This document shows, piece by piece, positions 17,010 through 27,456 of a stretch of DNA of 64,000 nt; the stretch's first letter is position 1; each line of letters begins with the position of its first letter. Made by a program: the position numbers and the translations under genes. Source of the DNA: Candidatus Iainarchaeum sp. GTDB lineage: Archaea > Iainarchaeota > Iainarchaeia > Iainarchaeales > JAXPJC01. The notes below the pieces were generated by a model. That model was given only the letters and a program-made list of their open reading frames with translations. It did no database searches and had not been told where the DNA came from. The DNA lies in NCBI GenBank assembly GCA_016187745.1, contig JACPJC010000005.1:1-64000 (forward strand), given 5' to 3'.

Positions 17010-18356
17010 CTAGAACGTCAGGAGCTTTATTCCTGAAGTTCCGGCTATTTTTCCCTTTCTTATTCCCACAATGTATTTGCAGGAATGCTTTGCGCTCTCG
17101 TCTAAAAGCCTCTTTGTTATGATTCCATCGAACACTATCGCATGCACGTTCCCTGAGCTTGCAAGCCCCTCAACAAGCCCCTTCACATCCATTGAGGCGA
17201 TTTCCTTCATATCCTCATTGTAGAGCTTTGCCTGCAGGCTTCCTTTTAAGCTTTGCAGCAATGGCTCGAATTTTGCCTTTTCATCAATGCTTGCAATTGC
17301 AGGCCTTTCCTCGGCTGGAAATCCCATTCCTTCGCGCCTCGGATAACCAAAATCCCTTCCCCTCGGGGGAAAGCGCCTTTCACTAAAGTCCCGCCCTCCG
17401 CCTGATGAGAATCTGCCCGGGCCCCTTGAAAATCTCGGCCTGTCCCTTGAGAATTCCCTTCTTTCGCTGAACTCGCTTCTGGGCCTTTCTGAATGCCTGT
17501 AAGTTCCCTCAGGGCTCTGCGCAAATTGCTTCGGCTCGGAATAAACCTCATTCGCGGGCTTCTTGTTGCGGAGCGCTGCCAGAATTTCCTTTCTTGCGAG
17601 CTCCTCAACTTCCTTTCCGTCAGGCGCCTTTGCAATGTATTTTACGCTTGCTACCTGCACCAGCTTCCTTGCGTTCAGCTCCCCGCCCCTGTCCCCATCA
17701 ATGAAGAGGGTTATTTCCTTGCGCCTGCTCAGTTCGATTATTTCCTCAGCTATTTTAGCGCCGCCCATCCCTATTACATTCGCTATGTGGTTCCTCAGGA
17801 GGTTTATCACATCCGCGCGCCCCTCAACCACAATTATTTCCTTCTCGGATTCGATGTCAGGCCCCGCAGGAAGCTTCTCCCTCCCGTATTCCTGGATTTC
17901 AGCAATCCTCGCGTCTTCCTTTAGCTCCGTCGCAAGCTCTTTCGCTTCCGGCAGCTGCCCCGAAAGCTGCTTCAGTATTTCCTTTGCCCTTTCTGTAAGG
18001 ATTTTGCGCTTGTCCTCGCGCACATCCTCAATCCTTGTTGTTTTGAATTTCGCCTCGCACGGCCCTACCTTGTCAACTGTTTCTACCGCAGCAGCAAGCA
18101 GGCTTGTTGAGGCAGTGTCAGTGCTGCTTGGAATCAGAACTTCCCCCTTTGTCACTCCGAGCTTTGATTCCAGATTAACCTCAATCCTTCCGAGCTTCCC
18201 CGCATCCTGCAGCTCCTTAAGGTCCATTTCCTCCCCGAGAAGGCCCTCACACTGGCCGAAAATCGCGCCAATGATGTCGTGCTTTTCCACTACTCCCTTT
18301 ATCTCAAACTCCACATGTATAATGTATTTTGCAACATCAACATAAGTTTTAGCCAT
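17010..18356 (-). CDS. dnaG: Archaeal DnaG (exosome-associated TOPRIM protein)
   Basis: DIIGAIFGQCEGLLG, VVEGRADV, DGDRGG, FDGIITKRL. Confidence 0.96.
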   Translation of the reverse strand: MAKTYVDVAKYIIHVEFEIKGVVEKHDIIGAIFGQCEGLLGEEMDLKELQDAGKLGRIEVNLESKLGVTKGEVLIPSSTDTASTSLLAAAVETVDKVGPCEAKFKTTRIEDVREDKRKILTERAKEILKQLSGQLPEAKELATELKEDARIAEIQEYGREKLPAGPDIESEKEIIVVEGRADVINLLRNHIANVIGMGGAKIAEEIIELSRRKEITLFIDGDRGGELNARKLVQVASVKYIAKAPDGKEVEELARKEILAALRNKKPANEVYSEPKQFAQSPEGTYRHSERPRSEFSERREFSRDRPRFSRGPGRFSSGGGRDFSERRFPPRGRDFGYPRREGMGFPAEERPAIASIDEKAKFEPLLQSLKGSLQAKLYNEDMKEIASMDVKGLVEGLASSGNVHAIVFDGIITKRLLDESAKHSCKYIVGIRKGKIAGTSGIKLLTF

Positions 18357-18373
18357 AATATCTCATCTCCATT

Positions 18374-18401
18374 ATCAGAAACTGCGTTTCCGATACTTTC
18401 C
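18374..18401 (+). repeat. Repeat family A copy (ATCAGAAACTGCGTTTCCGATACTTTCC)
   Basis: Matches the start of the tRNA-Gly(TCC) intron and copies at 35586, 38312(-) and 60353. Confidence 0.7.
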
Positions 18402-18435
18402 TTTTTTACAATTAGGGTGCATTATTAATGCAAAT

Positions 18436-18705
18436 TCAGAATTTGGAGCTTAGAAGCTTCTGCAGGCTTTCCGCGCTGCCTTCAACAGCAACGGTTTTAT
18501 TCCTGCTCTTGAAACCCTTCAAAATCTTGACATCTGAATTAAAAATTCTTGACAAGTTTTTAAGCAACTCCAAATTCGCGGCGTTATTCTCCGGCTTTGA
18601 TTTCACTTTTATTTTAAGAGTGTTTGTCTCTTTTGCATAGGAGCAAATTTCGAATTTCCCCGAATTTGTTCTAACATGCAAATTCAGAATAATGCCGCCT
18701 TGCAT
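18436..18705 (-). CDS. DUF167/YggU family protein
   Basis: VKSKPENNAANLEL...GFKSRNK. Confidence 0.88.
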   Translation of the reverse strand: MQGGIILNLHVRTNSGKFEICSYAKETNTLKIKVKSKPENNAANLELLKNLSRIFNSDVKILKGFKSRNKTVAVEGSAESLQKLLSSKF

Positions 18706-18789
18706 TAAAAATCAAATTACATCCTAATTTACTAATTTCTGTTCCAAAGGGCTTTTAAAGGATTGTTTTATTAGTATTTTGGGGTTGCT

Positions 18790-19194
18790 GTGGCACACTA
18801 TGCAAAGGGCGCGAATGCGGAAAGGGAACTGATACACCTTCTTTACGACAGGGGCTTTGCGGTTGTGCGCGTCGCTGGAAGCGGAAAAACCTCGCTCCCC
18901 TGCCCGGACATTGTTGCGCTCGCTCCCAAAGTGAAGCTTGCATTCGAGTGCAAGGCCTGGGACAAGGAGCATTTGAATATCACAACGGCGCAGATGGACG
19001 AATTATACAAGTGGTGCGCACGCGCCGGGGCAGAATTCTACATCGCATGGAAAGTCCCCCACAAAGGCTGGCTCTTCCTTCCTGGAAAATTCTTCAAAAA
19101 AACCCCGAAAGGCTATTCCATCTCCCAGAGAAAGGCGCTCGTGAAGCACATTGATTTGGAAGTGATTGCAGGGCTGCAGAAGAGATTAAAGTAA
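18790..19194 (+). CDS. hjc: Holliday junction resolvase Hjc
   Basis: KGANAEREL, RVAGSG, PDIVA, FECK. Confidence 0.95.
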   Translation: MAHYAKGANAERELIHLLYDRGFAVVRVAGSGKTSLPCPDIVALAPKVKLAFECKAWDKEHLNITTAQMDELYKWCARAGAEFYIAWKVPHKGWLFLPGKFFKKTPKGYSISQRKALVKHIDLEVIAGLQKRLK

Positions 19195-19230
19195 ATATTA
19201 TATATACAGGAACACCTTATTTATTTTAAA

Positions 19231-22200
19231 ATGCAGGACAGAATGCAGCACCGGGAAGCGCATAATTTTCGCAGGGTTTCAGCAATTTTATTACTCATAA
19301 TTATTGCCCTTTCCTTCGTCTCTGCGCAGGCCTGCCCAAAAACCTGGACCTCGCAGCCTGACTGGGATTCAGGCGTGAAGGAGTATGTTGATACATCAAT
19401 CGTGCCGGGCTCTCTCATATTGACAAAGCTCAATTCCTATGTGCAGTGGAAGTTTGATGAGGGTTCAGGCAGCATAACGCGCAGCTCCGGGAACCTGGAT
19501 GGAAACGGCTATATTTACGGCGACACAAAATGGACAGGAGGCATAAGCAACACGGCGCTTGATTTTTCAGGAGCATACGGCACTACATTGTACAATTCAA
19601 CATATGTCCCGACATACACAGTCAGCGGCGGTGTAAGTACAAGTCCCTTCGTGCAGCGCACAACCCCCGGCTCAGATTTTTCCATCAGCCTTTCCTACAA
19701 TCCCAAAGCGCTCCTGAGCACCAATAATAGTGTATGGTACAAATATGGGGACAATATATTCAACTATGGCAGTGCGCATTTGGCGAGCAGCAATTGGTGC
19801 TATGGGCGTTGGTGCGATCCGAGCAACTGGTATAATGTTCCCCCGGGAAGCTGGAGAATTTCCCTTCAGAGCTCAGGGTGCGGGGAGGCGGATGGACCGT
19901 ATTGCTCCTACACAGGATACAGGTCAAACATAGTTTTTTTTGAAATGCGCGATAAAAGTTATAACAGGCGCTTTGTTGCAAGCCAGAGCAATGCATTCCC
20001 CCTGGCAAACACATGGTATGGCATAACCGCAGGCCTAAGCGGCAACTGCATTTACATCGGAGCAGGCGGGCAAACAAATACCGTGTGCGGGGTTGATTTG
20101 TCAGGCGTTCAACACAAAGGTGGCCTGGTTATAGGCGGCAAGAACTGGAGCAATTCTCATAGCTATATTGAACCATTCATTGGCATTATTGATGAAGTGC
20201 AGATCAGCTCAGGCGGCTATAATGCGCAGGGCAAGTGGAGGGCTGATTTTGATGCAGGGGCAGAGCACATTTTCCAAAGCCTCTTATGGCATGCCTCAGT
20301 TCCGCAAAATACTGGCCTGAGTTTCAAATTCAAAACTGCAAATACTCCTGCAGATTTGGAAACAGCGCCCTGGTATAATGGCCCATTTTCAGCAATGGCC
20401 CAAACAGGCAGATATGCAAGGGTTGAAGGAGTCTTAAGCGGAGATATGTATGCTACGCCTGTGCTCAATGACCTTACATTGGGCTGCACGGCAGTCGGCG
20501 GAGGAGGAGGCGGCGGCGGGGGCGGAAATTGCGGAAACGGAACAATAAACTCCGGGGAATCCTGCGACGGAGGCAACTTGGGGGGAAAGACCTGCTCGGA
20601 TTTTGACAGTTTCACCGGGGGAACATTAACCTGCCAAAATTGCGCGCTCAACACATCAAACTGCACAGGCCCGGCGCCCTACTGCGGAAACGGAACAATA
20701 GATTCCGGGGAATCCTGCGACGGAAGCAACCTGGGGGGCAGGGCATGCACGGATTTTGACTCTTTTACCGGAGGCTCATTGGGCTGCGCATCATGCAGTT
20801 TTGACACAGGCCAGTGCACAGGCGGCACTCCGGGGGGCTGCGGAAACGGGACAATCAATACCGGAGAAACCTGCGACGGGAGCAACCTTGGGGGAAAAAC
20901 CTGCTCCGATATTGATGATTTTGTTTTTGGCAGCCTATCCTGCAATTCAAACTGCTCGCTTAACACTTCAGGCTGCATAAAATCAGAAAACTGCGGCAAT
21001 GGCACCATTAATTCAGGGGAAACCTGCGACGGGAGCAACCTTGGGGGAAAGACCTGCTCGGATTTTGGCTTTGCAGGCGGAACACTGAGCTGCTCAGCAA
21101 GCTGCGCAATAGATACCAGCAACTGCACAAGCTGCGGCAATAATGCAATAGATGCAGGGGAGGAATGCGACGGGAGCAACCTTGGGGGAAAGCAATGCAC
21201 TGATTTTGACGATTATGCCTCAGGAATATTGGGATGCAGCTCATGCGCATTTGACACAGGCAACTGCACAACCTGCGGCAACAACAGGATCAATCCTGGG
21301 GAGCAATGCGACGGAACAGACCTGGGGGGAAAAACCTGCGCTGATTACGGCTTCACCGGCGGAACGCTGGGCTGCGCATCAGGCTGTTCAGCAGACACAA
21401 GCAACTGCACAACAAACCTGAGCCCTGTTGCAATAATTTCCCCAACAAACGCAGAGGGATTTGCGGGCAATGCAATATCGTTTGACGGCTCCGCAAGCTA
21501 TGACCCTGATGGCACAATAACAGGCTACGCATGGAATTTTGGCAACGGGCAGGCAGGAAGCGGCGCAGCTGCGCAGGGCACATATTCATCTGCAGGCGTT
21601 TATACTGTAAGCCTTACAGTAACTGACAATCTTTCAGCAACCGACGGCGCAAGCGCTACCGCAACTGTTATTGCCCCTTCAACAGGAACCTGCCCCCCGG
21701 GAAAAACCTGGACAACAAAAGAGGAATTTGATTCAGGCAGCATTAACCAGGTTGATACTGCAAGCTCGCCAGGGGCTGTAAAGATAGCAAGTTCGCAGAC
21801 CTCAGGGGCGCTCAACCTCTATTTTGATTCAGGGCAGCAGAGCAGCCATAATGCGCTTTCATTCAGTGCTGAAAAGCCTTCAGGCACAGGAGTGAAAGTA
21901 AGGCTAAGGGCGGCAAACACTCTTGCAGGGCTCGCAACAGCAACATGGACGCAATATTATACGGCAGGCACTGCAAGCCTTTCAAACCAGATTGGGAGAT
22001 ATGCTGAATTAGAGGCGCTGCTTGAAACATCGGATGCAAGCATTACGCCAAAACTTAATGATTTAACACTGGGCTGCTCAGGCCTGCCTTCAAGTTCCAT
22101 AGACCTGATTGTGGAATCGGCTGCATTATCCCCCGGAAGTTCGGTTGCGCAGGGAACGGCAGTAAATATAACCGCAACAGTAAAGAACAATTCTTCCACA

Positions 22201-24513
22201 GCAATCTCAAGCCAATTCTCTGTTGCTTTATATCAAGGGCTCGCAACAGGCACACCATTGCAGGCGCAAAACATAGCATCTCTCGGCGCCAATGCATCCT
22301 CAACAATCCAGTTCACAAACATTCCGACATCAAACCTTTCAGGCAGCATAATATTCACGGTGTTTGCAGATTCCGCAAACGCAATTCCGGAATCGGATGA
22401 AACAAACAACCAGCGACAGGCAGGGCTTGCTGTTACTTCTGCAACAGGCGCGGACATTGCAGTCATCTCGGCCTCCTTCGCTCCCGCAGCAGTGACCAGG
22501 AGCCAGGGCTCGCAGTTGAGCGTTGAAATAAAAAACAACGGGGCAAACGCAACAGGAAGCTTCTATGTTTCACTGTCAAAATCAGGGGCGCCGGTGCAGA
22601 TTATTGCAGTTCCCGACCTTGCCCCCGGGGCAAGCACAACGCTTGAATTCAGCGTCTCATCCGCGGATTCAGGCGCAATAACCTTCACGGTTCTTGCGGA
22701 TTCAACAAATATCCTGAATGAAAGCGATGAAACCAACAACTCAGCAAATGCAGTGCTTACGGTTTCAGCAAGCAGGCCGGATATCAGCCTGGCTTCATTC
22801 ATTGCGGACAGCCTGCAGCCGGTTCCGGGAACAATAGTAAGGCTCACAGCAACAATAAAGAACCTGGGCATTGCGGTTGTGCAGCAGGCATTCAACATCC
22901 TTCTTTCCTCCGCAGGCCTGGCAGTGGAAACAAAAGCAATATCCGCGGAAAAATCATGCACAAATGAATCCGGGCAGCAGCTGAGCGCAGCGCTGTGCAG
23001 CGCCGCAAATGCCGGGGACACGGAGGCAATTGAATTTTCAATAGACACTTCAGGGAAGAGCGGCAGCGTTGAGTATTCGGTTTATGCCGATTCAGGGAGT
23101 GCGGTTGATGAGGACAATGAGAACAACAACACAGCTACGCTGATGCTGAACATTACGGACAAGCCAGACCTGCACATAAGGTCAGTTTCATATCCAAGAT
23201 CGGTAATCAGGGGCCAGGGCGCGGCAATGGCGGTTGATGTTGAGAACATTGGCTCAAAAGCGGCAGGCACTTCCAACCTTTATGTTTACAGGAGGAGACT
23301 ATCAACTGAAACAACAATAACAAATGACGGCGTGCCAACGCTCGCAGCTGCTACAATGCACAATTCCCAGTTCAGCCTCCCAACATCGGGCCTGGAGGAC
23401 CTTGTTGAAGTATTTTCCATTGCGGATTCAGCGAACAGCGTTGACGAAAGCAATGAGAACAACAACTCGGCAGGCATAACAATGGTAATACTCTCCGGGG
23501 AGATATGCAACAACGCGGTTGATGATGACGGCGATGGACTGATAGATGCGGATGACCCGGAATGCGTGGAAATATGCGCTGACGGCTTGGATAACGACGC
23601 CGACGGGAAAATTGATGAAGGCTGCGGGGAGATATGCTGGGACGCTATTGACAATGACGCTGACGGAAAGATTGATGAGGACTGCGACAGTCCCCCAAAG
23701 GAGAAATGCAGCGATTCAATAGACAACGACCAGGACGGGCTGGTTGATGAAGGCTGCCCGTTCATATTCACTGAATGCATTGACACTGACGAGGATGCAA
23801 TATGCAACGAGGATGAAATAATGAAATTCAACACAGATCCTGAGAATGCCGATACTGACAATGACTGCGTTAACGACGGCCAGGAGATAAAGTATGACCT
23901 AACCGACCCGACTGACATGAACAGCAATGTGATTTCAATTGACATTACAAAAGAGGTTTCAATAGGCGAGAAAGTGGAAATAAGGGCAAAGCACCCGATG
24001 CTCGGAACAATAAAAAATACAAAGGCCGAAATCACGTGGCAGCACAAGAAGGTCATTGAAGATTCGGATGCCGAAGGGCTGATAACATACGAGCCGCTTG
24101 AAGAGGGAACATACAAGGTGAATGTGCAGGTGTGCGGAAACAGGATAAGGGGCTCGTTCAGCGTGATTGCGGCAGGCTTTACAATGCAGCAGTTCCTCAC
24201 AAACATTGCGAAATTATTGTTCGGGCAGGCAATCGTTGAGGCGCCATTGCTGCTGATACTGCTTGTTGTGCTTTGCGGAATTGCCGCGGTTCTTGCTTAC
24301 AAGCATTCCCATTACCTGTTTGAGGAGGGCGCAAAGAGTTCAGAGGAAATCAGGAGGGAAACGCTTGCGAGGGCGGCGCTGAGCGTGATTGCGTTTGCAT
24401 TGCCCCTCATAGCGAATCGCTTTTTAAGCCTTAATGCAGCAATTGTTTTAGCGATTGCTGAAATTTTGGTCATAATTGTGTTTGCCTATTTCAAGGGCCA
24501 GCAGGCCGATTGA
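19231..24513 (+). CDS. 1760-aa cell-surface protein: LamG-like domain, six Cys-rich repeats, PKD, CARDB repeats, Ca-binding DxDxDG repeats, C-terminal TM helices
   Basis: Signal peptide; WKFDEGSG...FIGIIDEV; CGNGxIxxGExCDG x6; FDGSASYDPDG...YAWNFGNG; ADS...ExxExNN repeats; EICxxxxDNDxDGxIDE repeats. Confidence 0.9.
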   Translation: MQDRMQHREAHNFRRVSAILLLIIIALSFVSAQACPKTWTSQPDWDSGVKEYVDTSIVPGSLILTKLNSYVQWKFDEGSGSITRSSGNLDGNGYIYGDTKWTGGISNTALDFSGAYGTTLYNSTYVPTYTVSGGVSTSPFVQRTTPGSDFSISLSYNPKALLSTNNSVWYKYGDNIFNYGSAHLASSNWCYGRWCDPSNWYNVPPGSWRISLQSSGCGEADGPYCSYTGYRSNIVFFEMRDKSYNRRFVASQSNAFPLANTWYGITAGLSGNCIYIGAGGQTNTVCGVDLSGVQHKGGLVIGGKNWSNSHSYIEPFIGIIDEVQISSGGYNAQGKWRADFDAGAEHIFQSLLWHASVPQNTGLSFKFKTANTPADLETAPWYNGPFSAMAQTGRYARVEGVLSGDMYATPVLNDLTLGCTAVGGGGGGGGGGNCGNGTINSGESCDGGNLGGKTCSDFDSFTGGTLTCQNCALNTSNCTGPAPYCGNGTIDSGESCDGSNLGGRACTDFDSFTGGSLGCASCSFDTGQCTGGTPGGCGNGTINTGETCDGSNLGGKTCSDIDDFVFGSLSCNSNCSLNTSGCIKSENCGNGTINSGETCDGSNLGGKTCSDFGFAGGTLSCSASCAIDTSNCTSCGNNAIDAGEECDGSNLGGKQCTDFDDYASGILGCSSCAFDTGNCTTCGNNRINPGEQCDGTDLGGKTCADYGFTGGTLGCASGCSADTSNCTTNLSPVAIISPTNAEGFAGNAISFDGSASYDPDGTITGYAWNFGNGQAGSGAAAQGTYSSAGVYTVSLTVTDNLSATDGASATATVIAPSTGTCPPGKTWTTKEEFDSGSINQVDTASSPGAVKIASSQTSGALNLYFDSGQQSSHNALSFSAEKPSGTGVKVRLRAANTLAGLATATWTQYYTAGTASLSNQIGRYAELEALLETSDASITPKLNDLTLGCSGLPSSSIDLIVESAALSPGSSVAQGTAVNITATVKNNSSTAISSQFSVALYQGLATGTPLQAQNIASLGANASSTIQFTNIPTSNLSGSIIFTVFADSANAIPESDETNNQRQAGLAVTSATGADIAVISASFAPAAVTRSQGSQLSVEIKNNGANATGSFYVSLSKSGAPVQIIAVPDLAPGASTTLEFSVSSADSGAITFTVLADSTNILNESDETNNSANAVLTVSASRPDISLASFIADSLQPVPGTIVRLTATIKNLGIAVVQQAFNILLSSAGLAVETKAISAEKSCTNESGQQLSAALCSAANAGDTEAIEFSIDTSGKSGSVEYSVYADSGSAVDEDNENNNTATLMLNITDKPDLHIRSVSYPRSVIRGQGAAMAVDVENIGSKAAGTSNLYVYRRRLSTETTITNDGVPTLAAATMHNSQFSLPTSGLEDLVEVFSIADSANSVDESNENNNSAGITMVILSGEICNNAVDDDGDGLIDADDPECVEICADGLDNDADGKIDEGCGEICWDAIDNDADGKIDEDCDSPPKEKCSDSIDNDQDGLVDEGCPFIFTECIDTDEDAICNEDEIMKFNTDPENADTDNDCVNDGQEIKYDLTDPTDMNSNVISIDITKEVSIGEKVEIRAKHPMLGTIKNTKAEITWQHKKVIEDSDAEGLITYEPLEEGTYKVNVQVCGNRIRGSFSVIAAGFTMQQFLTNIAKLLFGQAIVEAPLLLILLVVLCGIAAVLAYKHSHYLFEEGAKSSEEIRRETLARAALSVIAFALPLIANRFLSLNAAIVLAIAEILVIIVFAYFKGQQAD
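20529..21412 (+). repeat. Six coding repeats CGNxxIxxGExCDGxxLGGKxC (Myxococcus Cys-rich/DUF4215-like)
   Basis: Visible at both protein and DNA level (tgcgacgggagcaaccttggggg recurs). Confidence 0.85.
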
Positions 24514-24523
24514 GGCGGTAAAA

Positions 24524-24685
24524 ATGTATTTTCAGATGGAAGAGATGATAAAAAACCTCCAGGAGGCCTATGGAAAGGAAAAGGGCATAAGGCAGCGCAT
24601 TCTGCTGGAGGCGGCAATAGAGGCGCTTCTTGAGTATGAAAAAAGCAAGCCCGCGGAAAAATCAAAGGGAAAATTCAAGTTCTGA
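24524..24685 (+). CDS. Small hypothetical protein
   Basis: GAGGCG SD-like sequence before ATG 24524; host-like codon style. Confidence 0.55.
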   Translation: MYFQMEEMIKNLQEAYGKEKGIRQRILLEAAIEALLEYEKSKPAEKSKGKFKF

Positions 24686-24701
24686 TTGATTTGGGGCAAC
24701 T

Positions 24702-24929
24702 ATGCAATTGAAAAGAAAATTAAGCGTGTTTGATGGTTTTGTCAGGAGAAAAAACGGCGGAATCGGCCTGCCGCTGGGCATACTAAACTCAAAAGGCAAA
24801 ACAGCATCTTACCGCGGGCAGAGATTCATAAAGATAGGCAACACCTGGAATTTGGAGAAATGGCTTGCAGACCCAACGCATCCGAACCACCAGGAATATT
24901 TGAGATTAAAGCAATTAGGGGCAATCTAG
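24702..24929 (+). CDS. Small basic orphan protein
   Basis: 75-aa ORF filling the gap. Confidence 0.5.
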   Translation: MQLKRKLSVFDGFVRRKNGGIGLPLGILNSKGKTASYRGQRFIKIGNTWNLEKWLADPTHPNHQEYLRLKQLGAI

Positions 24930-24935
24930 TTCTTG

Positions 24936-25640
24936 TTAAACAAGCGTTGCAGTGAACATCATTGTAATTCCAGCAAACGCCATTATAACAAGCAGTATTA
25001 CCGCATCCACAGTAAGCGTGAACGCACCCATGAACCCGTTGTAGAACAGCGCAAGGTCTGTTACCAGAAACAGAATTCCAAGGACAAGAAGTATCATGCT
25101 TATTGCCCTGTTTTTCGCATGCGCGCCGCTCAGCTTTGCCTCCTGCAGGTCCAATTGCACAGTCCTGAGCTGCGAGCTCAGATCATTTAGTTTTGTTTTC
25201 ACCCTGTCGCTGAGCTCTGCCATGCCGCTGACATTCTCATTTATTGCCTTCTTGAATTCAGCTTCCTTCCCCGCAAGCTTGAGCTTGTATTCAACCAGGT
25301 CCTCTCTTACCTCTCCGGCAATCTTTTCCTTCAGCCCCTGCATTTCAGCCTCCGCCTCCTCCTTTATGAATTCCCTTATTTCCCCCTTCGCTCCGGAAAG
25401 GCCCGTTCCTGAAGAAAAAGCCCTTTTTTCACCGGCGCCTTCAGCCCCGGTTTTTGCAAATGCGCCTGCGCCGGCCTGCGCAATGAGCTTTTTTGCCCTC
25501 GCCTCATCAACCCCGGATTCCCTGAGGGTCTGGGCTATTTCAGCATCCGAGCTTCCCGCAGAGCGCATTTTGTTCACTACATTCACTATTTTTTCATCCT
25601 TTTCCGAAGAGCCCTCTTTCTTAATTCCGAAAATCTTCAT
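24936..25640 (-). CDS. Coiled-coil protein with two C-terminal TM helices
   Basis: Charged heptads followed by a hydrophobic hairpin. Confidence 0.75.
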   Translation of the reverse strand: MKIFGIKKEGSSEKDEKIVNVVNKMRSAGSSDAEIAQTLRESGVDEARAKKLIAQAGAGAFAKTGAEGAGEKRAFSSGTGLSGAKGEIREFIKEEAEAEMQGLKEKIAGEVREDLVEYKLKLAGKEAEFKKAINENVSGMAELSDRVKTKLNDLSSQLRTVQLDLQEAKLSGAHAKNRAISMILLVLGILFLVTDLALFYNGFMGAFTLTVDAVILLVIMAFAGITMMFTATLV

Positions 25641-25642
25641 AA

Positions 25643-26494
25643 TTACCTTACCACTTCAATTTCCTTTTCTATTCTGTCGCTATAATCATAAGCGCTTATA
25701 TTAAAATATATATTCCCTTTCCCAATTCCAAGCGCGTGTATCACATAGGGGAGCTCCCTGCACTCATTTTCAGAAAGCGGGATATTTGCGACCTTTGCGC
25801 TTTCCGAATCAAAAATCCCATCATGCCTAAAAATTATGCTCATATTGCCAAATGCCTGCCCCAGATTGCAAAGCTCAAGCGTTATCCAGAGATTCTGGTC
25901 AGCAAATATCTTCTCCCTGCTCAGCTTCAATGTGCTCCTTATCTTTATCTGCTGCGTTTTCCCCGGCTCAAGGATTCTTTTCACAGGCAGATGGAATGGG
26001 GCGCTCGCAGAGACAGTTATGTTTTTTCCCGCGGAGGCATCCAGTGGAAAACTGAGCATTGCCTCTTTTCCCGGCCTAAGTGCGCTCAGCACTTTCGAAT
26101 TCTCAACCTCATCCCCAACAAGCAGCTCTATCTTAATATCCTTTATCATGCGGCTTGACTCGTTTTTTACAGCAACATTTACCGCATCCCCGTTTTCTCC
26201 GATTGACGCGTCAATTGCTATTCCCCCGTTGAAATATAGCAGATAGAAAATAATTGCGGCATATGCCAGATATATGCCGGCAAACACAATGAAAAAATGC
26301 CCCCTGTTCTCAAGCACAAAGCGCCTTATGCTGTCAAATTTCTCAAAGAAACTTCCCTTCGGCGCCTCCTCTTCCCATTCCCTCATGTAAGTGGGTTCCG
26401 CGAATTTGAGCTCCTCTTCCCCGTTAACAGCGCCCACATAGGAAGGAGTTTCAAACAGCTCCTCAAAAGACCTTCTGCGGTTTTCTTCTGCCAT
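25643..26494 (-). CDS. Single-pass membrane protein with Ig-like extracellular domains
   Basis: TM at about aa 67-90; VAVKNES and LELCNLG beta-sandwich patterns. Confidence 0.7.
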   Translation of the reverse strand: MAEENRRRSFEELFETPSYVGAVNGEEELKFAEPTYMREWEEEAPKGSFFEKFDSIRRFVLENRGHFFIVFAGIYLAYAAIIFYLLYFNGGIAIDASIGENGDAVNVAVKNESSRMIKDIKIELLVGDEVENSKVLSALRPGKEAMLSFPLDASAGKNITVSASAPFHLPVKRILEPGKTQQIKIRSTLKLSREKIFADQNLWITLELCNLGQAFGNMSIIFRHDGIFDSESAKVANIPLSENECRELPYVIHALGIGKGNIYFNISAYDYSDRIEKEIEVVR

Positions 26495-26539
26495 TTTCCC
26501 AATAATGTAAAGCCCTTGCTGTTTATAATCTTTTATAAT

Positions 26540-26890
26540 TTATAGGAGCTTAAGCTTTCCAGTGTATTTGTCAATCTCCCTTTCCTCTGCCGGCCCTATT
26601 CCAATGCAGGTCATTTCCCCTTCCGCAATCTGCGTCAGCCCCGCATCCCTTATGAGCGCTGTTGGGAATATTTTTTTAACCTTCTCGAACAATTCAAGCA
26701 GTTCCATTTTTCCCGCAACTTTCAGAACGCTCTTCTGCTGCCCTGTTTCCTTCCACTCCCGCACATCCCCGGGATTTTCCATTTCCGCCTTCTCAAGCGC
26801 GGAAACGCTCGCATGCGCGCATTGCGCGGCGATTTTCCCCTTGCCCATCCCGAGATCAGCGCGCACAACAATAACCTGCTTGTATGCCAT
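26540..26890 (-). CDS. pth2: Peptidyl-tRNA hydrolase Pth2
   Basis: MGKGKIAAQCAHA, DAGLTQ, GIGP. Confidence 0.97.
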   Translation of the reverse strand: MAYKQVIVVRADLGMGKGKIAAQCAHASVSALEKAEMENPGDVREWKETGQQKSVLKVAGKMELLELFEKVKKIFPTALIRDAGLTQIAEGEMTCIGIGPAEEREIDKYTGKLKLL

Positions 26891-26892
26891 TT

Positions 26893-27117
26893 TCAATAAC
26901 CTTCCAATAATGCCTTTCTCCTTTCTTCAATCCTCTTTTCTATTAATGCTTCAGCCTCTTTTAATGTTTTCCCCTGCCTTCTGTATTTTTCAAGAAGCCC
27001 TGCCCTAATCTTTTCAATTACCCGCAAATAAGAAATAGCGCGCTTTGAAATCTTGCCGGTGTCCCTTCTTTTGTTTCTCCCAAGGCTTCTCAGGTGCGTA
27101 TCAAAAGTTTTTGCCAT
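26893..27117 (-). CDS. Small basic orphan protein
   Basis: 74-aa Arg/Lys-rich ORF tightly packed upstream of pth2. Confidence 0.55.
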   Translation of the reverse strand: MAKTFDTHLRSLGRNKRRDTGKISKRAISYLRVIEKIRAGLLEKYRRQGKTLKEAEALIEKRIEERRKALLEGY

Positions 27118-27123
27118 AAGCGC

Positions 27124-27456
27124 TCAATCAACAGTGTCAATCAGCTTCAGCTTTTTTGTAACGCCGTTTGCATTCCATAGGGCTGAAAAGGAGTATGAGT
27201 CCCCCTGCTTCTGCAGCTTTACAGTCCTGTCGTTAGGGTGCTCATGCCCCTTTATCGTGTAGAGGCGGTTGAACTGCACATGCGCATAATCGCTCCCAAG
27301 GCTTATGAGCCTGAAAACAAATCCCGAATCCCCGTCCGCCTCAAACTCCTCGTTTTCAGAAACCTCAATTTGCTTTATTTCCTCGCTTTTTTTAAATGGA
27401 GGCTGCCAGTCCTGCTTTATGTCCTTGATTTCAAAAACTGCTTTCATAAAATCCAC
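27124..27456 (-). CDS. Hypothetical protein
   Basis: Co-directional ORF with host-like codon style. Confidence 0.65.
   Translation of the reverse strand: MDFMKAVFEIKDIKQDWQPPFKKSEEIKQIEVSENEEFEADGDSGFVFRLISLGSDYAHVQFNRLYTIKGHEHPNDRTVKLQKQGDSYSFSALWNANGVTKKLKLIDTVD

Noticed and set aside
20529-21412. DNA repeats as a possible CRISPR or DGR template/variable pair
   Set aside because: They are in-frame Cys-rich protein repeats; differences are not adenine-specific and no RT is present.
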